From positions 3,844,001 through 3,908,000 of the forward strand of contig NC_092671.1 in the NCBI RefSeq assembly GCF_964355755.1: a DNA stretch of 64,000 nucleotides, given 5' to 3'. The DNA is from Antedon mediterranea (Eukaryota > Animalia > Echinodermata). Positions within the stretch are counted from its first letter, which is position 1. Every line of letters starts with the position of its first letter. Position numbers and translations under genes: made by a program. Positions 23,730-37,600 of this stretch are shown in pieces. The notes under the pieces are model-generated. The model saw only the letters and a program-made list of their open reading frames with translations. It had not been told where the DNA came from and searched no databases.

Positions 23730-25289
23730 TTAAGGCATACATGTCTCACTTTTAAAACTACAGGCACAATGAGAAAATGCCGCCTTATAATAACAACAAG
23801 CTTTCTTAAAGTCACATATCTTTTCATGTAGCTCTGCATTTTTTAGCATAGATGCTACTTTATTTTGACCTTGCAAACTTTCGATTTCAAAACATCTTTT
23901 TAAGTACTTAATAATCACATCAACCTCACTCTCTTGCTCATCTATGAATTCGATGGATCCATTTCCACTGTTCTTTACGAATGACTGAAGAGCAATATCT
24001 AAACAATCTTGTTTTCTGGACACTGCATCGTTAAATTGTTTTCTCAATATAAGATAATATGAATAGTCTCGGTTTGCGTCAAACAATACAAATGGATCGT
24101 GTTTAAAATCAGATAATATACTTTTATAAACAGCAGTCACAGCCTCATGGTCTTCCAAAAAAGCCAAGACACGTGCCTTCGATAGTTTGGCTCTGGCATA
24201 ATATGGGTCCAGTCTAATTACATTGTCAAGACACTTCAATTGGTTGTTTGCGTCGTTCATTCTCCGGTAAAGAAGCGCCTCTTGAAAAACGATACGCGAT
24301 GATTCATTGCAATTTTGCTTCGCATATTCAATAACTTTACGAGCTTCTTCAAAGTATATTGAATCTTTAGGCTCACTGCAATTCTTCTTGTTTCCTTCCA
24401 CTCTTCTGCATCTACAAACACCCATTTGGATATAACAGTTAGCTATGCGACTTAATATGGCTGGTCCAAAAGCGTTTTGTTTTGCTTCCGTGAGTAGCTT
24501 CATTATTTGTTGTACACGAGAATCATCCTCATCTTCAAATACAAGACTGTGGCCAACATCTTGTTCGGATGATGTACGGTTCATAACCTCTTGTTCATAT
24601 TTTCTTCTGTGTATATCAGCTAGTATCGTCTTGGCATAGGCATGATCAGCATCTAGTTGCAAGACGTTCTTCATGATTTCTTTAACACCCTTCATTCCAT
24701 CAGACCCCTGGGACTTATGCATATTTAATTTTTTTCTTCGCCATGTTATGAGTCCAAGCATAAACCTCCACTCGACATTTTCTGGGCATTTCTCTGTTGC
24801 TAGTTTGAGCTCAGTCTCACTTTCTTCGTACCTAGAAAATAACAACATAGACAGCGCGAAGCCTTTAGTCGCATGAACACTTGCTTGAAACTTGTTTTTG
24901 TCCTCTTCTTCCATATCCTGATATGTTGTAAGCAGATATTTGAGTTCTTTGTAGATGATTTCCTGTTCTATTTGATTAGTCGTAAACCAACACTTTAATG
25001 CCAAATGTATTGATTTATAACCATCTTTGATTGATTCAGTTGTATCTAAGTCTGTTATGGCCCAAAATGCTTCCTCATTTTTTTCTTTCGCTTTTGCAAT
25101 ATCCTTCTTATCGTTTCCATTAAAATCTGACATGTATAAGTAGCTTTCGAATAAAAGAGCTTCTATGACGAACGATTTCTTATCCTCCTGGTGTTCAATA
25201 GATTGTTTTAAGGATTTAAATGATTGACTTCTATTTTCAAGTTCCCAATTAGCATGAAAGTTAATATCTTGTAAATTCATCGGTTCCAT
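23730..25289 (-). CDS. IFIT/TTC22-like tetratricopeptide repeat protein (519 aa, single coding exon)
   Basis: Long uninterrupted ORF with ATG at 25289, just after an acceptor (ttttcttttggcag, ~25316). N-terminal FHANWEL resembles IFIT CHFTWNL. KGFAL..RYEESETELKLATEKCPENVEW and VLQLDADHAYAKTILA resemble IFIT TPRs. Further TPR-like units include CLDNVIRLDPYYARAKLSKA. Confidence 0.75.
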   Translation of the reverse strand: MEPMNLQDINFHANWELENRSQSFKSLKQSIEHQEDKKSFVIEALLFESYLYMSDFNGNDKKDIAKAKEKNEEAFWAITDLDTTESIKDGYKSIHLALKCWFTTNQIEQEIIYKELKYLLTTYQDMEEEDKNKFQASVHATKGFALSMLLFSRYEESETELKLATEKCPENVEWRFMLGLITWRRKKLNMHKSQGSDGMKGVKEIMKNVLQLDADHAYAKTILADIHRRKYEQEVMNRTSSEQDVGHSLVFEDEDDSRVQQIMKLLTEAKQNAFGPAILSRIANCYIQMGVCRCRRVEGNKKNCSEPKDSIYFEEARKVIEYAKQNCNESSRIVFQEALLYRRMNDANNQLKCLDNVIRLDPYYARAKLSKARVLAFLEDHEAVTAVYKSILSDFKHDPFVLFDANRDYSYYLILRKQFNDAVSRKQDCLDIALQSFVKNSGNGSIEFIDEQESEVDVIIKYLKRCFEIESLQGQNKVASMLKNAELHEKICDFKKACCYYKAAFSHCACSFKSETCMP

Positions 25290-28200
25290 GGTGTTGACCA
25301 AATATATCGTGACACTGCCAAAAGAAAATACTGTAATAATATATTTTACTATCTGACTGGTAAGATTAGAAGTAAATTGTTGTTTTTATTTATTATAAAA
25401 ATGAAATAAAACCTTCCACACGTTCAGAAAAACTAAATAGAGTTCTGGTGAATGAGTTTATATTTATATTGAATACAAAATATTGTACTTTTGAATGATT
25501 AGGCCTATACTTATTTTGTACTTTTTAAATTTAAAACTATAGGCTACATGAAACGGTTTGTTTTAGAGTACTCCCAGGTAGTTAAAGTCCCAGGCCTAAG
25601 CGCAAAAGTATAAAAGAGTTAAATTATAGCTATAACTAATGTCAATCGAAACACTCAACTTTCGAATTTGCATGTCAAAACGTTCTGTCCTACGCTTGAG
25701 TGGACTACAGAACGAATTTTTCACACACAGTTTGAATGAATTCATAGAATTTTGTTTAGACAGAATGAATTTCGACTAAACAGAATGTGTCGACACAAAT
25801 GATTTTATTTGACACAGAATGAATTCTCTCCACGAAATAATCAATTATTATTCTTAACATAATTATGTTTTGATTGAATTAATATTAGGAATTAATTCTG
25901 TACCTACATTACATGTGCGTACCTGAATAATTATTTAAAAGTTTATTATGTTTGTAAATATTTATGTCTCAATAGAATCAATTCACATAATTGTATTATG
26001 TCGAAAAAATTTCCCAAAGGCGCTTCGTAAATGTTAGTTTTATGTTTTTAAATCTTATATTTAGTCACATAAATATGTGCCTGTAAAAATTAATACAAAT
26101 ATTATGTTCTTGAAAGTACGAGCTTCCAGGGACTTTTATTGGTTACTAATATTTCACTTCTCTGTACGATTTTTCTACATACAAAATTGTAATTGACAGC
26201 TGAATTAGTGTTTATAAGTTGTCTTAAATAACATAAATTGCAAACTTACGTAATTATTATTGTCCTGAAAATCTTGTAACTTGCAGCAAAAATTTGACTT
26301 TTCGGGCCCGTCTATCTTCAACTCTTGTTCGTAAGAGCAACTGCGCTCCAACTACTCCCAACTTTTTATTTATAATATTATTGATAATGGACGTCACAAA
26401 GCTTGCTAACGGTCAATGAATTTTTGTAATGCTAGATTTTTGTTATTTGTTATTTTGCAAATACAATAATCGATAAATAAATAAATCGGTCAACCAATCA
26501 TATCACTGTGGGAACATGACTATGAAAGGGTGTTTCTGTAGCTGATAAGGTTAAAATCATGGCTCTGTGTAACAAAAGTAACGAGGGAGTTAGTTCTATT
26601 TCTGTTGCGTTACCAGGCCTATTTAAGTTTATTTATTTGTTTATTCACCTTTGATTCGATGGCACTTCCATTCGGTCCTCACAAACTAGATTTGAACTCG
26701 TCACGGTGACGAGTTAGGCTACACGCAACGCATCGTAACATACACATGTTATTTATAGCTTGGCCTACAGTAGGCTGCACTACGACGAGTGTACAAACAG
26801 CATACTTTAGTCGTAGGCACGATCAAAAAGGCAATCTCTACATGTCCAACAAGCGTCAATAGTTGACGGTATTAGCATTATAAACGTTTTAGTTTAAATA
26901 TAATAACTTTTTCAAACTGAAAAATAATTATATAGGCCTATGTCTGAAAGAAAAAATGTTTGGGCAATAACATAATTAAAATTTGGGAGAAAATTAATAA
27001 CGGATACGTGATATACGCTCTATTGAATGTGATGAAATGAACAATTTTAAAATTCAGATGGCCATATGATGCCGTCATAACATCCTACTGGTCTAAATGT
27101 TAACTGAATCACGATTGATTCTGATGAGCTATAATCGATTCATAATCATTGACACAATGATCATCATCACAACAACACTCAACATGACCATGTGACTTGT
27201 TTCTGTGCAAGCAAGATGTATTTGTATAAAATCAGACTTCCAATAGGCCATTCAAGTTATTCAACTTCCATAGGAAAAAACACATTGTCTGACCAGGGAA
27301 GAATGATTAGTTTGTCTGACAGACAATTTGCCTTTTTTTCCCCAGTTTTTATTAGTTTTTTTCAGGTGAATATTTTTTTTCGACCCAATAAACTATTATG
27401 TGACATTATTGGAATATTCTTTAAAAATATATTTCAAATACAAGTATTTTATAAAATAAATATATACAGCATTATACTCTACGCATACTATGCACGGTTT
27501 CCCATAATGTCTGTGATCTAATTGATTTAAAACAACGGTTTACACACGAATATTACGATTTTCGCATACAGACTAACATGTGGGGAGCAATCGTATAGTA
27601 AACAGCATATGTACACAGAAATAGTTAACTTATCACATAAGAGTACATTTGCTGTAGGCCTAAGTTTAATATGGGATGAGTTTCACGTTAGTACCAAGCC
27701 GAGGTTCAGTGGCACGTTCAAATGGGTTATACGCGTGATATACCGACACTCAACATACCTTAGAACATAATCCAGTTCGTTAGACATTGATGAGTTATTG
27801 GATCATACAACTACATTAAGTGCACTCAAACGTATACGATTTCAGATACGTAATCTCCTTAAATGCGATTACCGCCTATCATTCTATCTCATTTAGCATT
27901 ATTTATTGTATCACATAATCTTGACATTTTTTTTTCTATGGCACATGAGAGTAATACGATGAAGGAATCATAAGTGTTGGAGGGCATAATGTTCGCTAAT
28001 GGGGTATATTGGATTAATCAGTAGTAGATCGTATTGACACAGTCAACATTTAAAGATGTATACTTTAATAGTATAATAATAATAATAAATACTATACTCT
28101 TTACATTTTAAATAAAAAGAGATTTCTGAATATTTAAAAACTAATAATAAAATAATCTGTAATATCAACAGTTTCTACCGAAAAGATGAGTGAAAAGTGA

Positions 28201-28937
28201 TAATGACGTCTTTAAAAATAGAAAATATTTTCTATAGAATAATAAAACCGATGTGTTCTAAACAGTGGATTTATCGCTTTCTAAAGTGTACGCATCCAAT
28301 CAAACGTCACTCGTGTTTAAAAAACGGTCAGAAACGTAATTTAGAAATACAATCAACTAAACATGGAATGGAAATGTCCTACTACACAGTATATATACTC
28401 AAGATCGTACGGATATTGAAGGGTCATATAGAATCTAAAGGAAAATTGACTAGAACGCACGTGAATAATAAAACTATTACAGGAGCCGTAATGTTCTAAA
28501 ATCAAAACAGTACTTATAAAAAAAAACCATACAGACATTAGATTGAGTGTTATTGACTAACGTTAAGTCTATTTTCATCCATCTAACGATACATTCCATT
28601 TCGGAGACTAAATATTAAGTAAATACAGAGTGACGTCAGCCAAATCGCAACTAGTAATATAGAACATTGATGTGTGGAACGAAAATAACTTTACTCGTTG
28701 TTATGGCTGCTTACAAAAAAAAAATCACGAAAATGACGAGTATTGAAACACAATTACTGTATATGATTTGGTTGGAAAATTATACTGTAATGACAGTCAA
28801 TATATTCATGCTTTAAAACCAATGTGCCGATAAGTAATTGTCTGGTCATGATGATGTATGGTGTATTTTATTTTCTTGCACGTGGACTATACACATCACT
28901 AAAGCTTGGAGTATATGTAATAATCTTTTTTTTTCAG

Positions 28938-29045
28938 GTCTGTCTACACTATCAAACTAGTTTGACAACACAAGTGTGATGTGCCTAAATATGGTAGCGA
29001 CATGCCCAAATATGGTAGCGACATGCCCAAATATGGCAGTGATAT
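28938..29045. mobile_element. Partial copy of the ~150 bp AGCTCTGTCTACAC MITE
   Basis: TCTGTCTACACTATCAAACTAGTTTGAC followed by internal GCCCAAATATGGTAG repeats. Confidence 0.65.
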
Positions 29046-29330
29046 GGGTTGGGTTCAACTGTGGTAAATCGAACGAGGGGAAATAACACTATGGTCAAGC
29101 CTTATTTCAGGGAACAGTTTGTTTGGTCGCCTCCAGGGTTGGGTACTACTGTGGTAAATCGAACGAGGGGAAAATAACACTATGGTCAAGCCTTATTTCA
29201 GGGACCATGTTGTTTGGTCGCCTCCTGGGTTGGGTTCTACTGTGGTAAATCGAACGAGGGGAAAATAACACTATGGCCATGCCAAACCTTGAACAGTTTG
29301 TTTTGTTTCCTCCTGGATTGTGTTGGGTTC
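29046..29330. repeat. ~90 bp tandem repeat, 3 units
   Basis: GGGTTGGGT..ACTGTGGTAAATCGAACGAGGGG at 29046, 29136 and 29227. Confidence 0.85.
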
Positions 29331-29699
29331 TTACTGTACAGCGATTTGATTTATGTTACAAATCGTTGAGACTGTATAGCAAAATACAAAATAAACCAGT
29401 GATGGAAAAATTCATATAGTCTAGTCGATGTCATTTTACAATTTCTGCATTATGACTGGAGTGAATTCTCGAACACAATCAGTTTAAAACATGACTTTTC
29501 CACGATATAAAAATCATATTTATAAAAATCAATACATTATTCATAAATGCAAGGCAGAATAATAATAATCGACATGTAACATGACACTTTCGATTACGTA
29601 AATTTGTTTTCATTAAATCTAAGTTAGTTTTAGTTAGTTAGATTAGTTAGTTTAAATCATTTTTTTTTTGCAAAATTTCTGTAAATATAGCTTATATTA

Positions 29700-30192
29700 T
29701 ATAAACGACGACAAAAATATTTAAGAATAATGTTGACAGTTTTTAAAGTAACGGCGTCGAAATTTATGACAAATAACAGCGACTAAAACATTGAAAAATA
29801 ACGACGACGAAAATTGTAAAAAATAACGGCGACAAATTAGTGAAAAATTACGCCGACGAAAATATTGAAAATAACGGCGATAGATTATTGAAAAAATAAC
29901 GGCGACGAAAATATTGAAAATAACGGCGATATATTATTTCAAAAATAACGGCGACGAAAATATTGAAAATAACGGCGATATATTATTGAAAAAATAACGG
30001 CGAAAGAATATTGAAAAATAACGGCGACGAAAACATTGAAAAATAACGGCGACGCAAACATTGAAAAATAACGGCGACGAAAATATTGAAAAATATTACA
30101 GCAACGAAATAGTGAAAAATAACAGTAACAAATAATGCCGTCATATTTAAAAATAACGACGACAAAATTCTGGAAAATAACGGCAACGAAAC
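29700..30192. repeat. ~24 bp minisatellite (AAAATAACGGCGACGAAAATATTG)n
   Basis: About 20 imperfect units are directly visible. Confidence 0.9.
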
Positions 30193-30199
30193 TTTGTTA

Positions 30200-30360
30200 A
30201 GGCCAATTTACACACACGAGCGGTAACGGTAACACAGATATTAAATCTATGTTATTCCTTATGACTGATTCCGATCAAGATAGATACAGATTCTACTGTA
30301 TGTGCGACAAGCTACACGGTTTTCCACTTACCGTTAATGCTCGTCTGTGTGAATTGGCCT
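30200..30360. mobile_element. Small MITE inserted at the end of the minisatellite
   Basis: TIRs AGGCCAATTTACACACACGAGC / GCTCGTCTGTGTGAATTGGCCT, flanked by TA/TWA. Confidence 0.7.
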
Positions 30361-31289
30361 TAACGGCGAAAGATTTAGAAAAAGAATGTGTGTTTTGAAA
30401 CTGTGTGAAAACTTATTCATTTCAGATAAATGTGTGCTTGCAGATGATATTATTTTAATATTTTCAGCATAAAATTCCCATGAAGTATCGGATACAATAT
30501 CATACCTCAACATACAAAGTTTGTTCTATGTACAAAAAATATATCAGGATAATTATTGATAGCTATTACCTGGCTACTGTACCTTATGTTCTCTTGCTGT
30601 GTGATAAGCTTTGTACTTAGTGAAGCGTGTCACATCATTAAGTAGGAACTTGGGTGTTTGGTTTTACACCAACACAGCCTGATAAAGGTATGATCATCCA
30701 CTATACTTAAATGTCATCACCTATAAATTGATTATTTTGTACTAGAGTTAATACATAAACATTTTAATCTAATTTAAACAGTCACACTGCCTAGAAAATT
30801 GAAAAACAAAAATTGAGACACTTGAAAAACAAAAATTCAGACAAATTATATTACCTACTACTATTGCCTAAAATATAGACATATCGCATGTTGTTTGGGA
30901 AATCCCTATTAACGAGGAACAACCTCTATTCAGGGGACACTTTCCAGTAAAAATGAACACAAACAAGTGTCACAATTATATCTTTTAACACCACAGCCAA
31001 CCCCTATTCAAAACACTTTCTTCAGTTCTGAAAATGTCCTTTAGGGCTCGAGTTGTACTGTATAGACATTTCAATACAAAAATATCATAAATTATTTTTT
31101 TTAAACAATAAATCTGAATTATCATTTACAAAATATAACTGTAATGTTACATGCATTTTTATAAATAAATTGTAACTCGGCATTATCAATGTCAATGAAT
31201 TAAAAAGCTTTCCTTTTTAATTGCTTTGCTGATATTTTAAAGTAGATTGATAGAAGGATGCGAAAATTGGTTCTAAATTACCAAGCAAA

Positions 31290-31460
31290 CCCATTCAAGG
31301 GACACTCCTATTCAAGGGACACTTCCATTCAAGGAACACCCTTATTCAAGGTACACCTCCATTCAAAGTACACTCCCATTAAGAGCACAGTTTCCTGTGA
31401 AACGAACAAGAGGCAATATGTTACAATGCTACAGGCAACCTCTATTCAAGGGACACAAGT
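31290..31460. repeat. ~18 bp (CTATTCAAGGGACACC)n repeat of a dispersed Tc1-like MITE family
   Basis: Tandem units at 31290-31390; related motifs at 30925, 34360-34440 and 51525. Confidence 0.55.
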
Positions 31461-31638
31461 ATAATTAAACGAACAAGGGGGAATATGTACCGGCACCCCT
31501 ATTAGGGGGAAAATTTATTCAAAATGTTTTTACTGTATATAATCTCTGTGAAGCGACACTTCTTGAATAAAAAAAATGTCACTACATACAGTAATTGTAT
31601 TTAGGAATTTAATAAGATTACATTACATTTAATAACAT

Positions 31639-34600
31639 TTATTTCTTAGCACCGGTTAACTTATGAATCATATTTTGAATTTCGTCATGTTTTTGTAGTT
31701 CTGTAGTTAAGTTCACTACATCTGCTTCCTTTTCTGCAATGACTTTTTTAAGTGTCTTTATCTTTGATTCCAATGCAGTAACCTAAAATAAAAAACATTA
31801 AATTATTACAATATTGGTTGTACAGTATTGGGACCATGTCAAAATTATTCTGCTGCAATTACTGCAGTAATTGTAAAAACTAGATGGTACGCTCGCTTCG
31901 CTCGCGTACCATCTAGGTCGTGCCCACAGATGGTTCTCGAATACATAATAATTTCAGCGTTAAAAAACTGGCGATTTCAAATGTACGTACAATAATAATA
32001 ATAATAATGTCGTTTACAGGAACGAATAAATAGACAATGATTTATGAGATGGTTCTCGAATACATAATAATTTCAGCGTTAAAAAACTGGCGATTTCAAA
32101 TGTACGTACAATAATAATAATAATAATGTCGTTTACAGGAACGAATAAATAGACAATGATTTATGTACTCAACTAAAATTAGCACCCTGAGAATTACAGT
32201 ACTTCCGAAAGAGAAACTTGTCACAAAATGAGACCAATTGTTTAAGTCAAATTTAAACAAACTTAATTTGTGTTTTGTATGTAACATTAGGGGTGAGGGA
32301 TGGGGAAGAGGATGGGTGCAAAGAGGAACAATTTTTAAATATATTAAATATATTCTTTATCCATTTAGTAACGAAATATTAATTGTTTTCATGTTTTACA
32401 AATAATATACCACTAAACACAGTAAAACATTGCTATGTAATACTTTGTTGAAACTATCACCGTCCAAGTCGATTGAAATAGTACAGTACATGTAACGATA
32501 CATCACTACGACGTGTATGTTTATATAATGTAAAACAATTTGTGAAAACCACCTTTATTCGAGGAAAATCATAATTTCGATTTAATCGTCAATAAATATG
32601 AAATTATCTAACTCAACTTAATTAGTAGGCCTAATGGTTTTCAATTGTTTCTTAGGTCGTGTTTATACAACACCCTAAATTTGAACACGGCTTTAATTTT
32701 TAGCGTGTTGTTCGGACCGAGGTCAACCCACCTTAACGTTTGCTGTTATACTAGAAATCACGATACCGTGTTATACCGGAAGTTTCATCAACACGCAGTG
32801 CATGCTAGGATAAAAGGTCAAATCGTTGATCGCGCTTGAATTGTCTGAGTTGTCAACAATCATCGTCGCCTCCTCGCTGTCCGATGTATTCGCGCGGTTT
32901 TTACCATTTTCATTATATTGTATTCGTTCACGTTTGCATTGTTGTTTATTTTGTTCTCGGTTCATTTAAATTAATAAAAGTTATTTTAAGGGTTTCATTG
33001 TTTCATCTATACACTATGCCCGACACTATGGAAGAAGATGCCATTTTTGCGATGTTATTTTTTTAATTCTGTTTGGAGTGGGAAACGATAGAGGCCTACT
33101 ACCACTACGAGTTGGCCCCACTAGGCTAGGCGTAAGACGTGGTAGGAGGATGATTGCTGGCAGCGAAGCAGCAATAAATGGGCCCAATCTTGTTAGCAAT
33201 GATTGATATTACGACCTGTTTTAACGAGAGGTCAAAATATACCCTGAGGACACTTCCAACACGGTAACGGCGACCGGGAATCCACCAAATTTTAGGATTC
33301 AGCCAAGTAGCCTTTTTTGCAATTAAAATCTCATTACACGGAATCTCTTTGTTGTTATACAACACACTTTTCGTAGGCGTGTAGAATATGCGTGTAATAG
33401 CGTGTTGTATAAACGCGCCCTTAGAGCCAATTCATACTTAAGTTGGTTTTTACCCCCGTTCTTACCCTACCCACCAAAGTTGTTCTGCGTTTAGGGGATG
33501 TGATGCACCGTAGGCCTATCCTGTACTGGCTTTACAACGCTACTCATGCCAGTGAGGGAAGGGTGATGATGTGGGTGGTTTAAATGCAATAAAGATGTTT
33601 TACATAATATACTGCGACTGAAAACGCTAGCTCATTATCCGTTTAAAAAAAATTATATCCAACCTCTGCAGCACAGATTGAAAAAAAAATGGATCAAATT
33701 TCTGTTATGAGTATACAGTACTTGCCTTTACGACGCCTGAGGGAATAGACACTTGTGGAACAGAGATTGGAATGTTCCATTCATCGCAAATCAATACATT
33801 TGTATAAACATATATTAAATCTATCAAAATAGTATTTTTTAAAGAAAAGCGGCCTGTCTTCAACATTATGATGCTGTACTCGAGCTGTTCAACCGGTTTT
33901 CAGCCATTAAAAACAATTATCGTAGGAGGAGATAGGAAAATGCGAAACATCCTCGTATTATTGTCTGTGGGTATTTTTCAAGACGGACATCCATTAGACA
34001 GTGTATAGCACGATCGAAAAACACCCCTATTTGGGGCAAATCGTTGAACCTAAATTCGTTTTAATTGTCAATAACTAATTATCTAACTCAATTTAATTAG
34101 TAAACAGGGTTACATCAGGTGGTTAAAATCAGTACCGAGATTCTAACCAACTTTATATACCATCGAGTAAACATTCTAGAAATAACGCGCGATTTACCGA
34201 ATTTTGCCCTTACGTAAATTTATATATAGATAAATTTAAAGGTCTGCATGGCAAAAATCCACATGTTGATATAAAGTTTACAGTACATCACATGTGTAGT
34301 TCTGAAAAGAATGATGTAGGGGGACATCCATTACAGGACACTTGAAATGAACATATACCCCTATTCAAGGGACACCCTAAATTAAGGAAGAATGAACAAG
34401 GGGTCATGTATCCATATACCCCTATTCAAGGGACACCCTAAATTAAGGAAGAATTAAAGTACTATAACCATCAATTACAAATTAGTTATTAATTTATTCA
34501 ATTTTATTTGAAGAAGATAATCCCTTTAGGATTTAAGATAAGCATGATTGATTAACTGGGATTAAGATGTTAATCTCATAGATCACATTATCAAGGTTTT

Positions 34601-37600
34601 ACATGCTAATAGTTCTGCATGAATAAAACTCATTTTCTTAGTTCAAGTACAAAGTATAACTAAAAATACATTTTTTTTAAAGAATTATATTGAAGTATTT
34701 AATACAGTATTATAAATAACAATTTTGTTTTCAACCTCTCCAAAATACTAAAATACTAACAGTATTTACTTGTAAAGCTCTGTCTACATTATCAACTTTG
34801 TGACAAAAAATGTGATGTGCCCATATTATGGACATGATGATGTCATATCACTACCATATTTAAGCATATCACTGCCATATTTGGGCACACCACACCTTTT
34901 TGTCACATAAAGTGTAGACAGAGCTTAATGCACAGATCTTAAAACACTGTGCTCAAAAGGCTTTCAAACCATGCCAAACTGTAATTTATATACAGTAATC
35001 ACAGCGCTGTTTTTTAAATAAAAATAATAACATGAGTAAAAACTATAAATTTGTTTTGTTTAAATTGTGGCTATGATCAAACTATTTTAAAATATTGTTA
35101 AAATTACATTTTTCTTAGTACAGTGTTTGTTCAATTTCAACATTTCTCATACCTATTTCACTATATAATAATATTTAAATAATTACACTATCTTTTTAAA
35201 ATGCTGTCTTGCCAAATTTGTATTAAGTATATTTAATTAATTTATATTGTTTATAGATTATTAACATTTTATGCTCACTAACTTCCAATTTAATCTAATT
35301 AACTAATTAAAAATGGACTAATAAACAATCTGAGAATCTGTCATCATTAAGTTAATTAGGTCTTTACCAGATCATACATCTACGAACAAGCATAGAGATA
35401 TTATGGAACAAGCTATCTAGTTATTGGGACGTTTGTTATTCGCATAAGAGCGGCGCCATTGACTCGACAAAATTAACCAACTGAAGATAACCTTCAATAA
35501 TTTGTAGTAGCGTTAAAGGCTGAAGAGGTCACGTTGAGGTCGTAGAAAAAATAAAACAAATTTAATTGGAAAAATTTTAAGTCTTACTTGTTGTTTGAAA
35601 TCTTTGTTTGATTTTGTGCTTTTTGATATTTCTTGACAAAGTTGGTCGATCGCCATTTCCTGGTCATCTTTTTCCTTCTCTAAACTACTGTAATCGTCTT
35701 CCAGCTCTTTTATGCAAAGTTTGGCACTAGAAAGTAATTACAAAATTATACTTAATATTATAGTCGAGTATAAATACACTGCATGTATCCTTAACATCTG
35801 ATTGGTTAATTTTGTATCATGTTGCATTAAGTACTAACTCTATTGCTGCCTAATACAATTCTATTTAATGTCAGCATTTTTTATAAGAAAAACCAAACCA
35901 GTGTAGATGTGTATCTATAATTTCAGTGGCCTAAATTGGAGATCTGCCTTTTAAAAGCTCTTGACTTTGACATTGAATAAAGTATGGAAGGAAAATATTT
36001 GAATACAATTTTACTTTCCAGCTCTGTGTATATTATCAAATTTAATTTGAAAAAATAATGTGATGCGTGAGTGAGTGGCCGAGCGGTTAAGACAGTGGAA
36101 CCGTAATCACGTAGCCATAACATCGGCAGGGGTTCGAGGCTCACTCACTCCATGGTTCTGGTGGTAGAACGAGTCTTCTCGGATAAGGACTATAAGGGTC
36201 ATTCCATGTCAGATCACCCAATGGTAAACACCCTACTGACTCGGATTTTAATGAAAATTGGTACAGGTGGTTATTAGCCTAAAAAAAGCTTAAATATAAA
36301 ATTTTACGTAATTCAGAAAAACAGATTAAAAGTTACGGGCTGGACAAATTGTGGAAAAAACGCAAAAAACCGTAAAAATGGGTGCGGCCGCCAATTTTCA
36401 AAAGACCATAAAACAAGAACTACAAGTCCAATTAAAAAAAAATAAACAGTATGGGAAAGGAAATGCCCCAAATATTCCAAATTTGTTATCAGAATTGTAG
36501 TAGAATGTCTTAAAATATATTTGACCTTTTGATATATAAAATGACCCCCGGTTTGACCTTGTGGAACGTATATTTTTTTAATGTCATTACTTTTTTTTAA
36601 AACTATAAAGTGGTATTTATAACATATGTAAAATGCTAAGATGTCTTTTACCTCATTTAGAAGATATAGTTATATCATGTTGTCTGGGTTTGTGTTTTGT
36701 ATCAATCTATGTGTTAATTGATATACCAGGAGGATATTGATGAAGTAGAATACTGTACAACAAGCAATGGGTAACAACAGACCGCACAACATTAATAACG
36801 GTGAAAAAGTATTGAAGAATGCGGTGATGAGCTAGCTGACCAAATGAAGCTAACAAGGCACCAGTTACTGTTGCTGAAGCTCAGGGGTCATTTATCCTTT
36901 GCAGGAGATGATTTTGCTGAAAATTACGCTTTTGTCATCCAAGATGAAATAAAAAGCTTTCACTGGAAAAACAAACAGGCAACACTGCATCCATTTGTAG
37001 CATACAGATGTGAGGTGGATGGAAATTTATCTAATTGCAATACACTCAACAACAGTGTGGACTTTCCAAAAAGTTGTTTTAAATCATTTGAAGGGTAAAT
37101 TTTACGAATAAAGAAGGTTCACTACTTTACCGATGGATGCGCAGGTCAATATAAAAATAAGTCCAATTTTATCAATCTATGCAATCACAAACATGATTTT
37201 GATTTAAATGCCGAGTGGAACTTTTTCGCCACATCACATGGGAAAAGTGAATGCGATGGAATTGGGGGGACATTACAACGACTGTTAACCAAAAAGAGTC
37301 TAAAACGTCCATATCATAATCAACTACTAACATCAATAGACATGTTTAATTTCTGTGTTGAAAACATTCCTGGTATCATTTTTTTTCATTTATGGGAAAT
37401 GACTGTTTTACCTTTCTATTTACTTATATTGTTCTATGTAAAAGGGTCCTACAAAAAAACAAAGCTACAGCTTTTTTATGCAGGATCCTTGTTATCAGTT
37501 GTATTGCAATTATCTTGTAATTGATGACTAAATAAATGTGGAATAAATTGAAATTTCATCCGAAGAAATTAAAGAATCTGTAGCTCGACTGAAATCTCGA

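Noticed and set aside
26400-28900. Short ORFs at 27192-27521 and 28197-28499
   Set aside because: AT-rich low-information translations without splice-site or homology support.
29046-30192. Regular repeats as a possible CRISPR array
   Set aside because: The units are contiguous with no unique spacers, there are no cas genes, and the context is eukaryotic. These are tandem repeats.
36064-36150. tRNA gene (also 1321-1350, 4345-4410, 40398-40456, 48677-48742)
   Set aside because: A/B boxes are present, but there is no complete cloverleaf or acceptor stem and each is embedded in a repeat. They are SINE-type derivatives.
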